Assembly: GCF_000743755.1 (NCBI RefSeq)
Contig: NW_014569482.1
Location: forward strand, 1-41,217
DNA length: 41,217 nt
Direction: 5' to 3'
Origin: Blastocystis sp. subtype 4
Taxonomy: Eukaryota
The position numbers and the translations under genes were made by a program. Shown here in pieces: positions 1 to 13,044 of the stretch (positions are counted from its first letter, which is position 1; each line of letters opens with the position of its first letter). The notes under the pieces are model-generated. The model worked only from the letters and a program-made list of their open reading frames with translations. It did not search any database and was not told the origin of the DNA.

Positions 1-881
1 ATTCTCCTCCAGACGACGAGATCCAAACACATCATCACAAGGATCCATTGAGGGCATCAGATAACGGAGATTTGAGTTGTTGTAAACAGGAATCACTGAG
101 GGAACAGGAGTCTTAATACCAGAGTATTTCTGTTTGGTAGTAGTGATCTCCTCGAACTCATCAGGATGCCAATCAGCATAGAAAGTGAATTCCATCCAAT
201 ACTTGTCCTTCATGTTCCAGTCATGGATCTTTTCACAAGAATCAATGAAATACTCAAGACGAGTCTGGAACTCTGCGGTCGTCACATCACGACTAGTACA
301 CTTCATGGTAGTGCTCCACTTGCTCAGATAGCTCAGATAACCTGCCTGATCACAAGTGAAATCAGAGTGTTCATAAGTGGGATCTGAAGGATAAGCAGGC
401 TTTCCAGTAAGAGGTTTGCTCTTATCGAAATCAGGCTTCTTGTGAGACTCAGGAACAGTAGTCCAGTGCTGTTCAAGCTGTTCCAGATCCAAAACCTTCC
501 AGTAAGGAGCCTCAGTAAGATCATGATTCTTATTGTACTCGTTACCAGGAGTGGCATCCATGTACTCAATATTGATTACAGATGGACCTTCACATCCAAA
601 ATAGTAATAACCAGGGTTCACACAAGTAGCATGGACAGAGGTAATCTTATCCAAAAGAACGAGTCCATTGGTCTTCATGGAGGCATCGCTAACTCTCATT
701 CTACAACGAGAGTCTCCAGAAACTCTAGTGACCTTAACAGCAATGAATCCCTCTTCACAAGTACGCTCTACACATTAACCAATGATCATGTCTGCTACCA
801 GAGAAAGAGAGAGCTACAAATAAACAAAATCCATCAACTCCTACCCAAAGAAATAGCAAAAACAAGAATCAATGAATTCAT
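1..881 (-). CDS. Papain-family (C1A) cysteine protease precursor, 5' part: signal peptide, N-terminal extension and I29-like propeptide; runs off the window
   Basis: ATG at 881 gives MNSLILVFAISLALSFS after removing 31-nt GT-AG introns 814-844 and 768-798. The frame stays open to base 1 and contains ERFNIN-like EFQTRLEYFIDSCEKIHDWN and GNFD-like YWMEFTFYADWHPDEF. The catalytic domain is not in the window. Confidence 0.7.
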
Positions 882-936
882 AGTCTTTTTGTGGTTCAAG
901 GATTACAGGAACGGTAATTCCCGCGGGTACCTATAA

Positions 937-1892
937 ATGGCACAAACTTCGAAAATCACGTTATCGACATGCATCAACGGTTTTGACAACCGATTAAGAA
1001 TATAAATGGATAGAATGATGCCCAGATTAACATCCCCCATTAGGTACTATTATCAGAAGGTTTTCTGAGGAAACTTGTCAATGTCATCTATGATTTATCC
1101 AAACATGTTCTTAAGCCTACAGTCAACAATGCAAAGATGTTTCCATCAACCACACTTTCGAACACAACAACTGACTAGTCATTCATAATAATCAAGGGAC
1201 CCACACTGTACAGTTGTCAACGGATGTGCGGTTCTTGATGCTTGATTGTGTCTACTAGGATAATTGGGCCAAAGAAATAACATATGTAGCTAGTAGGAAT
1301 CTCTGCGTCAAATTGGATGAAGTGCGGAATACTATGTACTTGGGAGCAAGGCGTCTACTGTCAATTGATTGATGTTCATTATGTTAGAGTAGGCGTCCGT
1401 GAGTCCACCATGAAGACTGCGATAATCATCAGTGTCTTTCATCCGAGGAGGTTATTCGTAAGAACTCTAGTCGTGTTGGTGAGTTAACTGTTGTTATGCA
1501 GTGCATTGATGAGTAAATATTCAATGATAACTACATCGTTCTTAGGTTGAGCGTAGTCTGCATGCTCGGGTGGATACTAAGGCTCTGAAGTGGAAGCTTC
1601 TGGCTTATCCTTCTGTGCGTGATGCTATGTATGCTGTGATTTACAATGCCCTGGGGCTGGTGTCTAGGGTTGTGATGCTGTTGTTTCAAAATAGCTTCAG
1701 CAGCAACGTGCTAAAACGATGAAGGTCTATGATCAAGACTAGTTATGTTTGTCAGAGACGAAAATATCGTATAACCATATCGATGAAGAAGCAAAATATG
1801 TTGAAAGAGAAGAATCTCCCTGATTCCAACTCTTTGCAATCATAGAGTATCCGTCTTGGAAACTTACAACTTGGAACCTGAATAAGTATTAA
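937..1892 (+). CDS. Hypothetical multi-intron protein (exon structure unresolved)
   Basis: ATG at 937 and repeated short GT..AG segments. Last exon reads YPSWKLTTWNLNKY with TAA at 1890-1892, followed by GGTTTGTT at 1896-1903. Confidence 0.4.
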
Positions 1893-1930
1893 GATGGTTT
1901 GTTGAGAGAAGTGAATTACAAAGAAACAGT

Positions 1931-2713
1931 CTATCGTCGTACTTGAATAATGGGCATTCCTCCATATCCAGCTTTGAAAATCTTTGTATGATTACATTCA
2001 ATTGGCTGGAGTTGCAGGCCACCCTGTAATTCCCATGAAGACTCATTCGATCGTTCCTGAATGGCTGCATATAGATCTTCGTTATCCCAATCCTCTGTTA
2101 TCTCCAAGATCATGGAATCATGATTGGCCAGTTCGATCTTGATACCAGCTTTCGGTTTATCCTTATCATAGAGACTTCGTTTATTAGATAGTTTCATTTC
2201 CCGTTTTATTGGCAGCTTTCTATAGTCAATCCAAATCATCAACTCATACATCGAGGATTGCATCTTATTTGCTTTTCCATAGAATCTAGATGGAGGAGGT
2301 ACGTAGGTTTCCGTAAGATGGCCTTCGACGACGACTTTCTTTCCTTCGAGACGTACTTCACGTTCCAGTTCCCGGGGTACATATCCATCTACAACGGACT
2401 GGAAAAATGCCTTATGAGCGTCGGAATCATCGTTACGGCAAAAAGGCTCGTTCTCAACAATGTATCCATTTTTAAACAGTTTGATCAGAATTTTCTTTTC
2501 ATTTCTGTTCATAATAGGTACGTACATCTTCCTACGTGTCATCGGATCCTCCAACAACAGCCATGCCACTAATGATGATATATTCTATCCGTAGCATTAC
2601 CTTCCTCCTCCCTGAGAACTGATACCTCCGGCAAAGTACTCGTTTCGCTTCTTCGAATCATCGTCTTCACTGTCACTATTATTTTGAAAAGATGATAAAC
2701 TAATAATAGGCAT
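1931..2713 (-). CDS. p47/Shp1/UBXN2-like SEP-SHP-UBX p97 cofactor
   Basis: Spliced reading gives EYFAGG..SGMAVVG, a SEP domain (IKLFKNGYIV..FFQSVVDGYVPREL), an SHP-like FYGKANKM and a C-terminal UBX-like domain. In-frame 30-nt intron at 2220-2249. Confidence 0.85.
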
Positions 2714-2874
2714 TGAATTTGGAATAAAAGAACACTCTGTGAACGAATCTATAAAAAAGTGAGTTGACCAAACCATAGGTAGTATTCGGTGATTATGAAA
2801 AGGGACATGGTGGATATTAGTCAAGGCTCACATTAACTTTCAAACAGTTTTCCTTTCTGTATTGTTCTTCCAAA

Positions 2875-3644
2875 ATGATATCTGACTTGGAAGTGTTTGA
2901 TTCGAGCGGTCTAAGTGACGAAATCAATGATGATGAGTTTACTGATGAGGAAGCTAATTCTCAACAAGGCGATGATGGTAGATTCTCTTTTAATGGGTCT
3001 AAAGGGTATAGATGAGGATGAGAAGCTGATCGAGGAAACCAAGGATTCAAACTTTGCGGATGCAATGAATAAGATTCTTGCTAGTTCAGTGGATGGAAAA
3101 GTAGGAAATCTTCCAAATTCGTAACATTGAGGAGAATCCGGTTTTGGCCAAGCGAAAACTAAATTATGCAGATGAAAAGAAGGAGCGGAGAGAGAAATTG
3201 CGTGAACTCCATGCTCAGCGATTGGAGAAGAAACGAATCGCAGAACTTGGTCATATTTTGCCTTCATCTGACGAAAAAGATGTTGAAAGGGCGTTACGTA
3301 AAGTGGCAACGAAAGGAGGTAGGTAATGGGGTGCTTGATAAGACGAAGTGACGGCTCTATTCAATGCAATCAAGAGAAGCAAGCATGTACTTCCTGAAAT
3401 TGAGGAGGAAAATGAAAACAAACGAAGTATGTGTTGTTGACCGATGTTACCAAAAGAGAAGGAGAAGAAGATCACTCCATCGGACACTCTAAAGAAGAAG
3501 CTTGAAGAATCGACCACAAAGCTTGCCCAAACGCCCAAAGAGACGAAGTGGGCTGTTCTCGATGACAATATGATAGAGAAGAAAGTGGATATGCAAAACT
3601 GGGATACTATGGAGGGTGGTGAAGATGACTGGGATGAAGACTAA
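2875..3644 (+). CDS. RRP15: RRP15-like ribosome biogenesis protein
   Basis: Acidic N-terminus, spliced ERALRKVATKG-VTALFNAI motif, W-x-V-L-x-D segment (KWAVLDDN) and an acidic WD tail. Confidence 0.8.
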
Positions 3645-3676
3645 TCTGTTTAGAGAGTGTTTTGAACAAAGAAACG

Positions 3677-5196
3677 ATCGTACTACATCTTTCACAGGAG
3701 GAAAGGCTTGGATCTTGGACACAACTAAGGTCTTCATAACGAAAGACACATAACCTTTCATATACCCCTACACATCATTCTTCATAGAAGATGAACACTC
3801 GATATTTGAGAAGACTCAACATACATAAGAGTTCACTATCTGTCATGTGTTGATCCTGTAAATCAAGAGCTTTGTGGATCACTGAAAACGGAATCTGGGC
3901 TGATCCATACAAATCCACTACACGTTTAACGAAGGTCCGTTGAACGAGGATCTTGAGTGATGTGACAATCAGCTAAGATCAGAGAGAGTGATCAATAGTA
4001 CATAGAGTCCTCGTTGAATGAGAATTGCCTCATAGTCATGTAATAGTAATGTATAGTCCCTAAGATTGCCACAACGAATTGCCTTACTCAAACGCTCATA
4101 CTAGATAGCAGATAAATGAAACGAAATACTAGTGTGAAATGGAATTGTTGAAGCAATGCTTCTTTCGGTAGCACTCCAAACATCATATTCACAGGAATTA
4201 AGAAGAATAGGATCATTCTAGATATTCTTTCATCAACAGAATTACTCCATGTTATGAACCGAATTGGGATCACACGTTTGAAGAGCATGATTCAAGAGAA
4301 TTTGAGCATCCTTGTAATTATCTTCATAGAGACGCACACGACCACAGTAATAGTAATAGGTGCACTAGATATGATGTGATCGATAATAACGAACCATCTG
4401 ACTTAAGGAACACTGGTCCAGTTCTTGTTCAATTCGATCATGATAACTCTCGTAAATATCTTCACAGAGACGCAAACTGCCTTGGAAAAACAGAATCTTT
4501 GCCAATTCGTTAATTGATTGATATGAAGGCAATCTATTAGATTCTATTCAAGGATATACTTATAAAACCATTGGTTAGTCCATAGGCAACATCTTTTCGG
4601 TTGTTGAAGACTGTCGCTACATTACGAATGGCCATTGTGCATTCGGCAATTTCCTTAGATTCTACAGCCTTTGGAATCTCAATATCATCATTCTTTTCTC
4701 TCCTTACTTTGTATGTTACAAGTCGACTTTCCTTGATATATTGAATGACTAAAGGAATAAGCCAATCCGCTCCAAGTTCGGGAATAAAGTTGACGATAAT
4801 ACTACAAACAACAGTATGCTAAATTCATACTCTAATCCTTGCTTTTGCATTTTCCACGCTTTTGGATAATCATGCTGTTGTAATGACCGTAGGGATTTCA
4901 TATGAGCAAAGACGATTTCTTCCATACTATTTCTCATTATAATTACGCTTTTATCACCTCCGAATTTGTTCTGGGAATATATGAACGGAGTCGGCTTTAC
5001 TCTATTCCAAAACACCAGTCATTTAATTAATACGCACGATAACGCTTCGACCATCCTCTTTCCTCCATAATGAAGTGACTCTTGGAGCGTTAGACAAGAA
5101 CAGAGTAATCCCGCATTTTGCGTTGATAACGCCTTTAGAATCGTTGAAAAATACTACTTGTAAAGTGATATAATGATTACAGACTTCTTGGTCCAT
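3677..5196 (-). CDS. PCID2: PCI-domain protein PCID2/Thp1/Csn12-like; stop predicted to be completed by poly(A)
   Basis: Spliced segments YFSTILKALSTQN, ELAKILFFQGSLRLC, QMCTYYYYCGR, LIPVNMMFGVLP and C-terminal KGYVSFVMKTLVVSKIQAFPP. In-frame T at 3677 lies 4 nt before TCTTTGTT. Confidence 0.8.
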
Positions 5197-5467
5197 AAGG
5201 TGATGATTAATACAATTAGTCTCTAACTACAATCTCTATCATATTGTGGTTGAATTGAGAGGTTGATACAGGAATTAAGTGTTGAGGAGTGAAATGACAC
5301 AACTATAGCATTGAAAAAGTGAAAATGGAAAGGTCAATATGTATCTCGTAATCTGCATCAGTGGAGAGATTTGATAAAGAGTTTTGGTGGCGTTAGTTAT
5401 TTGAAAGAGCGCTGATTTAGGCTGTTAACCGCGATTTTTCCAGTTCATTGATTCTTCGGAATTCTCG

Positions 5468-6580
5468 ATGATCGACTCCTGTACGTGACGTAATTGTGCT
5501 GTTCATCATAGGTATCATTCTTTCCACAATATTGATTGTGGTTGTTGTCATCACTCATTCTGCTAATGAACTATAGATTCTGGCTTTACGTTGGCTATTT
5601 TCACCGATCATTAAATCCTTTAAGCAAAAGAATGTGACTGTTCATGTTTCAGAAACCGTATTCTTCGATCCGATAACAAAGTATGGATTACATTTCTTTC
5701 TAAATGAATAGAAAACAAGAATCCTTTCCTTCTCTCGATGATCCTGATTCTCTTTATCTTTCTGTCATTATTCCAGCCTATAACGAAGAAAAACGTCTTC
5801 CAAAGATGTTAGACGAATGTATTCCATATTTACAGAATCGTACAAAGGCAAATCCGTTTCGTTTTTTTGTTACTCTTTATTGTAGTGATTTTACTTGGGA
5901 AATTATAGTTGTTGATGATGGAAGCAAAGATCGAACCAAAGATGTCGCTTACGAGTATATTCAACGGTATAACGCTACCAATATTCGCGTTCTTGTAGAA
6001 TACTATAATCGAGGAAAGGGAGGCGCCATTCGAATGGGTGTCTTGTCTTGTCGAGGCCGCTACATTTTGATGGCAGATGCAGATGGTGCCACTACCTTTT
6101 CTGAAATAGAAAAGCTGGAGAAGGTCGTGAAGGAGGGATATGATCTTGCTGTAGGTTCCCGGAATCATCAAAAGGAAGATGCTGTTGCTAAACGAGCATG
6201 GTATCGAAACGTTTTAATGTATGGGTTTAATTTCCTTGTGAATATTTTATCTGGGATCCACGGAATTCACGATACGCAGTGTGGTTTCAAATTGTTTTCG
6301 AGACGAGTAGCACGAAGCGTCTTCCATTCACTTCATCTCGAACGCTGGGCCTTCGATATCGAGGTTTTGTATGTAGCAAGTCGCTTGAACTACAAGATTG
6401 CTGTTTGTTTCTCTTCTTCTGTTTATGTTTAGGAGATTCCTGTCCAGTGGATAGAGATTGAAGGAAGCAAAGTAAACATCATTCAGGCATCGATTACCAT
6501 GTTCCGTGATATGGTAGCAACGAGATTAGCCTATATATTGCACATTTGGCGCCTCCCCAAAGTTCTAGATTCACATATTT
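5468..6580 (+). CDS. ALG5: Dolichyl-phosphate beta-glucosyltransferase (GT2); stop predicted to be completed by poly(A)
   Basis: N-terminal TM segment, then LSVIIPAYNEEKRL, IIVVDDGSKD, NRGKGGAI, ILMADADGAT, DTQCGFKLF, RWAFDIE and last exon EIPVQWIEIEGSK. In-frame T at 6580 lies 4 nt before TGTTTGTT. Confidence 0.92.
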
Positions 6581-6736
6581 CCTTTGTTTGTTGTTTTGAA
6601 TCCATTTGCTCGTTACGAATACAAAATCTTATAAAAGATTCGAGAACAATCTCAAGGTGAACGAAATTTCGTTCTCCAATACATGCGAGAGTGGAAACGG
6701 TGGTTGTGTTCTCTAAAAAGAAACGCGTTAGATCAA

Positions 6737-8397
6737 ATGAGCACTGAATTGCCTATGTACTATCTGGATGGTGAGCACCTGACCCCTGAGGACGTACTTT
6801 TGTTGGTGTCGTAACTCATGGATAGCTTATGGAGTTAGGTTACAGAAAGTTCAAGCTGGATCTTGCCCCCGAGGCCTGGGCGAAGGTCGATGTAGTTTTC
6901 TCTGTTTCGTGTAATCTTTAGTCTGGCCGTCAGGTTGTCGATGATATTGTGGAGAAGAAGATTGTGAAGTACGGTATCAATACAGGTTTTGGAAACTTCA
7001 AGGATGTGATCATTCCTCCTGAATCAGTAGAGGAGCTTCAGGTGAATCTGATTCGTTCTCATGCCTCTGGAGTTGGCGAGAACCTGTCCTATGAGCGTTC
7101 TCTCCGTATGCTTGCCCTCCGTTGCAACGTGCTTGCTAAGGGAAACAGCGGAGTGTCTCACGAGTCTCTGCAGCGTGCTTTGGACTTCTTTAATGCTGGA
7201 GTTGTGTCCGTCATTCCTCTGAAGGGAACTGTGGGCGCTTCAGGAGATCTTGCTCCTCTCGCTCATCTTTGCTTGGGTCTGATTGGAGAAGGAGAGGCTT
7301 GGGATCCCGAAGACTTGACTATCAAGCCCACGGAAGAGTTGGTGAAGAAGTACAACCTGACTCCCGTCCATCTCCGCGCTAAGGAGGGTCTTGCCTTCAT
7401 CAATGGAACACAGTTCATTTCCACCCTGGGTGCTGAGGCTCTCGTTCGCGCTGAGCATGCTGCCCTTCAGGCTGATATCATTTCTTGCATGACCTTCGAG
7501 GCTCTTCGTGGAACCACTGCTGCTTACTGTCATTTCATTCATGATGCTCGTAAGCATGCTGGTCAGCGCGAGGTGGCCGAACGTATGCGTGCTGTTCTGA
7601 ACAACGATCTCTGGAAGTCGGATATCTTCGAGAAGCTTACCGATAAGAAGAAGGTACAGGACTCATACACACTTCGTTGCGCCCCTCAGGTCCATGGTAT
7701 TACTCATGATACACTGAAGTTCGTGCGTGGAATTATCACTACCGAACTGAATTCGGCTACCGATAATCCTATGATTTTCCGTGATGATAATGGTGAACCT
7801 GTAATCATTTCTGGAGGAAACTTCCATGGAGAGTATCCTGCCGAGGCTCTCGATTTCTTGGCCATTGCTATTCACGAAATTAGTGATATTTCGGAGCGTA
7901 GAATCGAGCGTTTGGTGAACAGCTCTCTGGGTGGACTGAATCCTTTCCTGACTGTGAAGGAGCGTGGCGGTTTGGACTCGGGTTTCATGATTGCCCATTG
8001 CTGTGCTGCTGCTCTGGTGTCGGAGAACAAGGTGCTCACCCATCCTGGTTCCGTGGATTCTATCTCCACTTCTGCTGGTCAGGAGGATCACGTGTCTATG
8101 GGAGGATTCTGCGCCAGAAAGGCTCTGGAAGTCACTGAGAACGTAGAGAATGTAATTGCTATCGAGTTACTCGCTGCATGCCAGGGTGTGTGGTTGCTGA
8201 ACGAGAAGCCAACCGAGCCTCTGCAGAAAGTGTATGAGCTTGTCAGAGAGAATGTGACACCTTATACTCGTGATCGCTTCATGAGTCCTGATATCAAGAA
8301 GGTCCATAAGTTGGTCAAGGAGAACAAGGTCTGGGAGGCTGTTGCTCCTTACATTGAGAAGTACCATCAGTACGAGCTTGAGCATGGTGCTAAGTAA
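6737..8397 (+). CDS. HAL: Histidine ammonia-lyase (MIO-dependent)
   Basis: [26 protein letters not shown] (Ala-Ser-Gly MIO), [23 protein letters not shown]. Two short 5' introns extend the ORF to ATG 6737. Confidence 0.95.
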
Positions 8398-8564
8398 ATG
8401 GTTTGCCCGTTGTTGTTTGTTGTAATACATTCCCGCGATTCTCGACTAGCCTTTTATAGAGTTTCTTTTAGAAGACATTTCATCAGATTCTTTTTTTATA
8501 ATCGTTCGTTCTTACGTTTTAATTTGTCTGATTGTATAGATCTATTGTTATTTCATAATCCAAC

Positions 8565-11500
8565 ATGCCGGTATCTCATTTTGCCCTAAGAAGACTCATC
8601 CGCTTAGAATTCTCCTAAGAAGCCGGAAGGTTCGAAGAAATCACAGAAGAAGGCCACAGAAGAGAAGAATCTTTCGTTGAAGGTATTTGGGTCTGTATTG
8701 AAGAAAGCTTATTGATAGAAGGGAAATGCTGTTGAATCTCCGTTCCCTATTCGACCATCCAAACAGTAGGTCTTCTGGTTTCTTCTCACTGGGTAGAAAG
8801 AAGAGGGATCATAAGGAACAGCTGAGTGAAAAGGTAAGTTGTTAGGACGTGTTGTCAATCTTACCGTCTTGTAGAAAGAGAAGAAGGCGACGATCCCCAA
8901 GAAAGCAGGCAGAGAAACGGAGAAGATTTCTTCTAAAAAGGCCGAGAAAGCAAGGAAGGCTGAGAAATCCAAAGAGGTAGGGCCTATGGTAGAATTCGAA
9001 CCCTAGATTGAATTAATGGACGAGAAAAAGAAGGTTGAGGAGGAAAAGAAGTTGCAGTCTTCGCTTTCCACAGAAATTATTGGAGAAAAGAAGATCGATA
9101 CTGCAAATGGAAAGAAGATGGAAGAGGAAGTCCTCGATGATGGTAAGGAGTGGATAAGATGGGTGATTTGTAGAATTGACGTATCCTTTTTTCCAGTACA
9201 GTTTTCCTCCTTTTTTTATTCTTTAGCAAGCATCCAATGTTATTTGCCGTATTTATTCCCGATAACACGAATCGAGAAATCATTTATGTAAATAAGAAGT
9301 TATTCGTCATTGCAAGACGTCACACTGCAGATTATGTGGTATTTTAAATGACATTCACATGATGCGAAGATCACAGATCGTCGTGTTAGTAATGATGGCA
9401 TTCGAATCTCTGTAAAGGTTGAGTATGATCGTGCGGAGATCTCAGCACGCCGCTTCTCAGCTTCTTCTGTTTACGTGAATGATATCGAGCGATTGGAATG
9501 TGCATGGACACCACTTCTGAATGGTGATACATTGACGTTTGCTGATGGATCTCGTTACACCTTCTATAATATTTACAACCAGCGAGATTTGGATGAGATC
9601 ATTGTGGATGAGAACTCGATCGTACGGTATGTGCGGAAGAATATGTTGGATGAGGACGAGAGGCCACAGGGATTTGTATCAGTTCTTTCAAAGGAGACTA
9701 ATTTTGATGCAATTGACCATTCTCATGACAATGAGGAAGTGTTGTCAGATGAGGAGGAGATGGAAGATGATGATGAGATACGACCAGAGTCTTCGGTACT
9801 TGTTGATAAGTTGATTCCAGGTCTAATCCCGTATGATAAGAGAGTTGACATGATGTTTAGAGGTGTGATAGGAACAGCAGGCGACAATGTGGAAGCATCA
9901 GATAGCTCAGAGGAGAAGGAGCCAAAAGATGCAAAAGCGATTCAAAAGGAATTATTAGATAATGTGAATACGTTGAACTCGATGATTGGTGCTGCTGTGA
10001 AGGATGAGGATTCATTTGTTCATCGTGTGAATGAGAAGGAGAATCCTTTTGATGATGGTGAAGGTAGCTTAGTTCAAATGAAGCGACCGACTGAACGTCG
10101 CTTGATTGATGTGTTGCTGACAGATCGTCGAAAGAGTCTTCCATCCCTGGATTTGAATGAACCTCTAACGAGTTCCAATGTATTTAGTCTGATCCCAAGT
10201 CGACGTGGAAATGAAAAACGACGAGAGAAACATGTAATTCGATTAGAATCAAGTAATCGAATGAGTGGGAATGCTGGTGATTATGAAGATCGAACCTTTA
10301 TCATGTATCGTAGTAAGAATAAGTTAATGCCTTCCACTTGTGATGTGTATGATGTAAGTATTGGTGTTGATTATTCATGGAGAATGAATGATTCATATGA
10401 TTATGTATCATTCATTCTCTGTTTACTCACTTAGAATCATTCATTAATCATTCATTCTCTCTTCACTCATTCACTAATCATTCTCCCTTCACTCATTCAC
10501 TAATCATTCTCCCTCTATTCATTCACTAATCATTCATTCTTCCTTCACTCATTCACTAATCCATTCATTCTCTCTTCACTCATTCACTAATCATTCTCCT
10601 TCTCTAACCTTACAGATTGTTGTCGATGCATTCTTCCGTGAGATGATGGAAGGAATTGACCTTGATGATATTAAAGCGTTTTCATTCTCATATCCTTCTC
10701 ATCTCTAGTCTTCTAACACAAAACACGAAGAATCAAAATAGTCATTATCGCCAATTGGTTCGTGAGACTGTTCAACAAGGAATCATTACTCCAGAGAAGA
10801 ATTCAACAACTTTTGATACTTGTGGGTACCATATCACAGAATCATTCCAGCGTTATTGTTCCCTTCTCTTTCAATCTTATATTTCCAATACCAAATACGT
10901 AACTAACAAAGATAACGAATCTAAACATGCTTATCCTCCTCAATTTGTACGTATGAGTTGTGAAAATGGAAGACAATACATTAACAATATTATTCTCTCT
11001 CTAGCTCATGAACAGAAAGCTGATATGATCGTATGAGAGTATTGATATATATGAACTTCTAGACATTCAACTATCAGAAGAATATTCTTATTGAAGGAAC
11101 TCCTCTGTGTTATCGGAAGTATCTCTTTGGTCTCTTCCCTTCTACTGTTCATATCAAACCAGCATTACAAGCAATTCCAAAGAGACGATTATCGGAGAAT
11201 GGTAGTAGGAATGATTCGTTTGAAGAGATCATTCTGGATGATCCTTACTTCACAATGATTGATGATGAAGGAGTAGAAGAAGAAGAGGAGGATGGAATGA
11301 GTGATGGTGAAGATGAGAGCATGGAGATAATCGATGATGAATATGGTGATGATGATAGTGGAGCTGGAACGAAGATACCTTCTAAAGAAGAAGATGAGAT
11401 TATGGAAGGTGATATTGTAGTGGTATCTGCACTACCTAAGGAATCCAATTCTGTACCTCATTTACTAAAGACGAATAAGGTATTCATCGTACTTATGATT

Positions 11501-13011
11501 CTTATGTAGCCTGTATTGCTTCATTATCCTCGTTCTCTTCCTCTACCAAAACTTCCTGATTCTCCTAAGCATAAAGAGAAGGAACGTCGTGCAGTGGTTG
11601 TGAAAGTGATTGGAAATCGCGTAAGATATGAATCAAAGTCTGAATCATAGTTAATCATTCGATATCTCGATAAGGAAGAGTCGGATGATCGTTCCTTATC
11701 AATTCGCTTGTCTCGTCGATCGGTTGATCTTACCGAATCTCAGGGACCTGATCGAGAGTCAAAGAAACGTGCAAAGAATCAAGCATTAGCTCGTAGTCTA
11801 CATTCATGCCAGAGAAGTCAGGTTCGGAAGTGGGTCGATGAGGACGATCAGAAGTTTATTCTCATGAAGTGTGTGAATGATGCATGTGTTGATAAGAATT
11901 CTAATCATTAGATTCTAAGTGAACGAAATGAGAATATGAAGCAGGTTGAGAATCCGTATTCCATCATTCTTTCATTCATCACTAGACGACCTTTGTTTAT
12001 CGTATTTGAAGATGCTCCGCTGTTGATCAAACGACGAAACGCCAATATTTTATCACTGCTTAGTGTTCATGATAAAATATTCTCATATCCTCTGTTTATC
12101 ATTCTCACAGAGAAGTCTCATGGTCGTCAACAAGCTCAGAATAATGTGATGATGTTAGGAGGTCTCTCCATGCTGATGAGAGCTCCTGTTCGTCAACGTT
12201 CTGGTGATGGACGTTCACATATTGAACAGTACTTTGACAGTGTGATGGAGAGAGCATTCACACTACCTTACTCAGGTATCGATCTGACTTTGCAGACAGA
12301 TATCATGGTGATTGAAGTGCCAGTACCAGTTGATAGCAAATATAAGTACTCTTATGATAAGAAAGTGGAAGAAGATGATAAGGCTGCTATGCGTGTTAAG
12401 CATATAAAAGAGCTTGAATTCTTCTTACGTGCTCATCATTTGTACTGTCCTGAAATTGATAAGATTCGTTATTTGGATCTGAAGAGAATCAAGAACTGGT
12501 TATCAATCATTCGTATGGCTTATAGTCTTCAAGCAAGTAAAGGATTACGTTATGTCCGTGAGGATGAAATATTCGATGTTTATAACAAATCTAAGGATTC
12601 AATTGTACGTACTGGGAAACCTGTCTATGTAAGTGAGAATCCTGGAGATACTCTGTATGCAGTAATGGATCGGAAGTGTCTGGAATATGCATTGAAAGTG
12701 TCATACAATACACAGAAAGAGAGTCAACCAGATTCATCTCAAGAAGTAGGCTAGGTAGAAGGTTGTGAGACGTAGATTCGGACACGGAATGAGAGTGAGA
12801 AGCGACTTATCTCCAATGGTTCATTCATTTCTCCAAACAATATTACTGTTGGATTTGATGATGTGGGTTCTCTGGAGAATGTTAAGGCGAAACTTCGAGT
12901 ATGTATTGAATGATTTCATTACTTCCAGGAAGCAATCGTGTTACCTCTGCGTCGTCCCGAGATTTTCGCACAATCATCACTACTCAAGTCATGCAAGGGT
13001 CTACTCCTTTT

Positions 13012-13044
<33 letters not shown>

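Noticed and set aside
442..936. 164-aa plus-strand ORF and similar ORFs (7663-8091, 12919-13530, 17415-17909)
   Set aside because: They are antisense shadows of well-supported genes on the other strand.
10437..10600. CRISPR-like array
   Set aside because: Units are directly tandem with no unique spacers, lie in an intron, and no cas genes are present.
10690..10697. ATATCCTT as a U12 donor in the AAA gene
   Set aside because: It sits inside a 31-nt GT-AG intron that already restores the frame.
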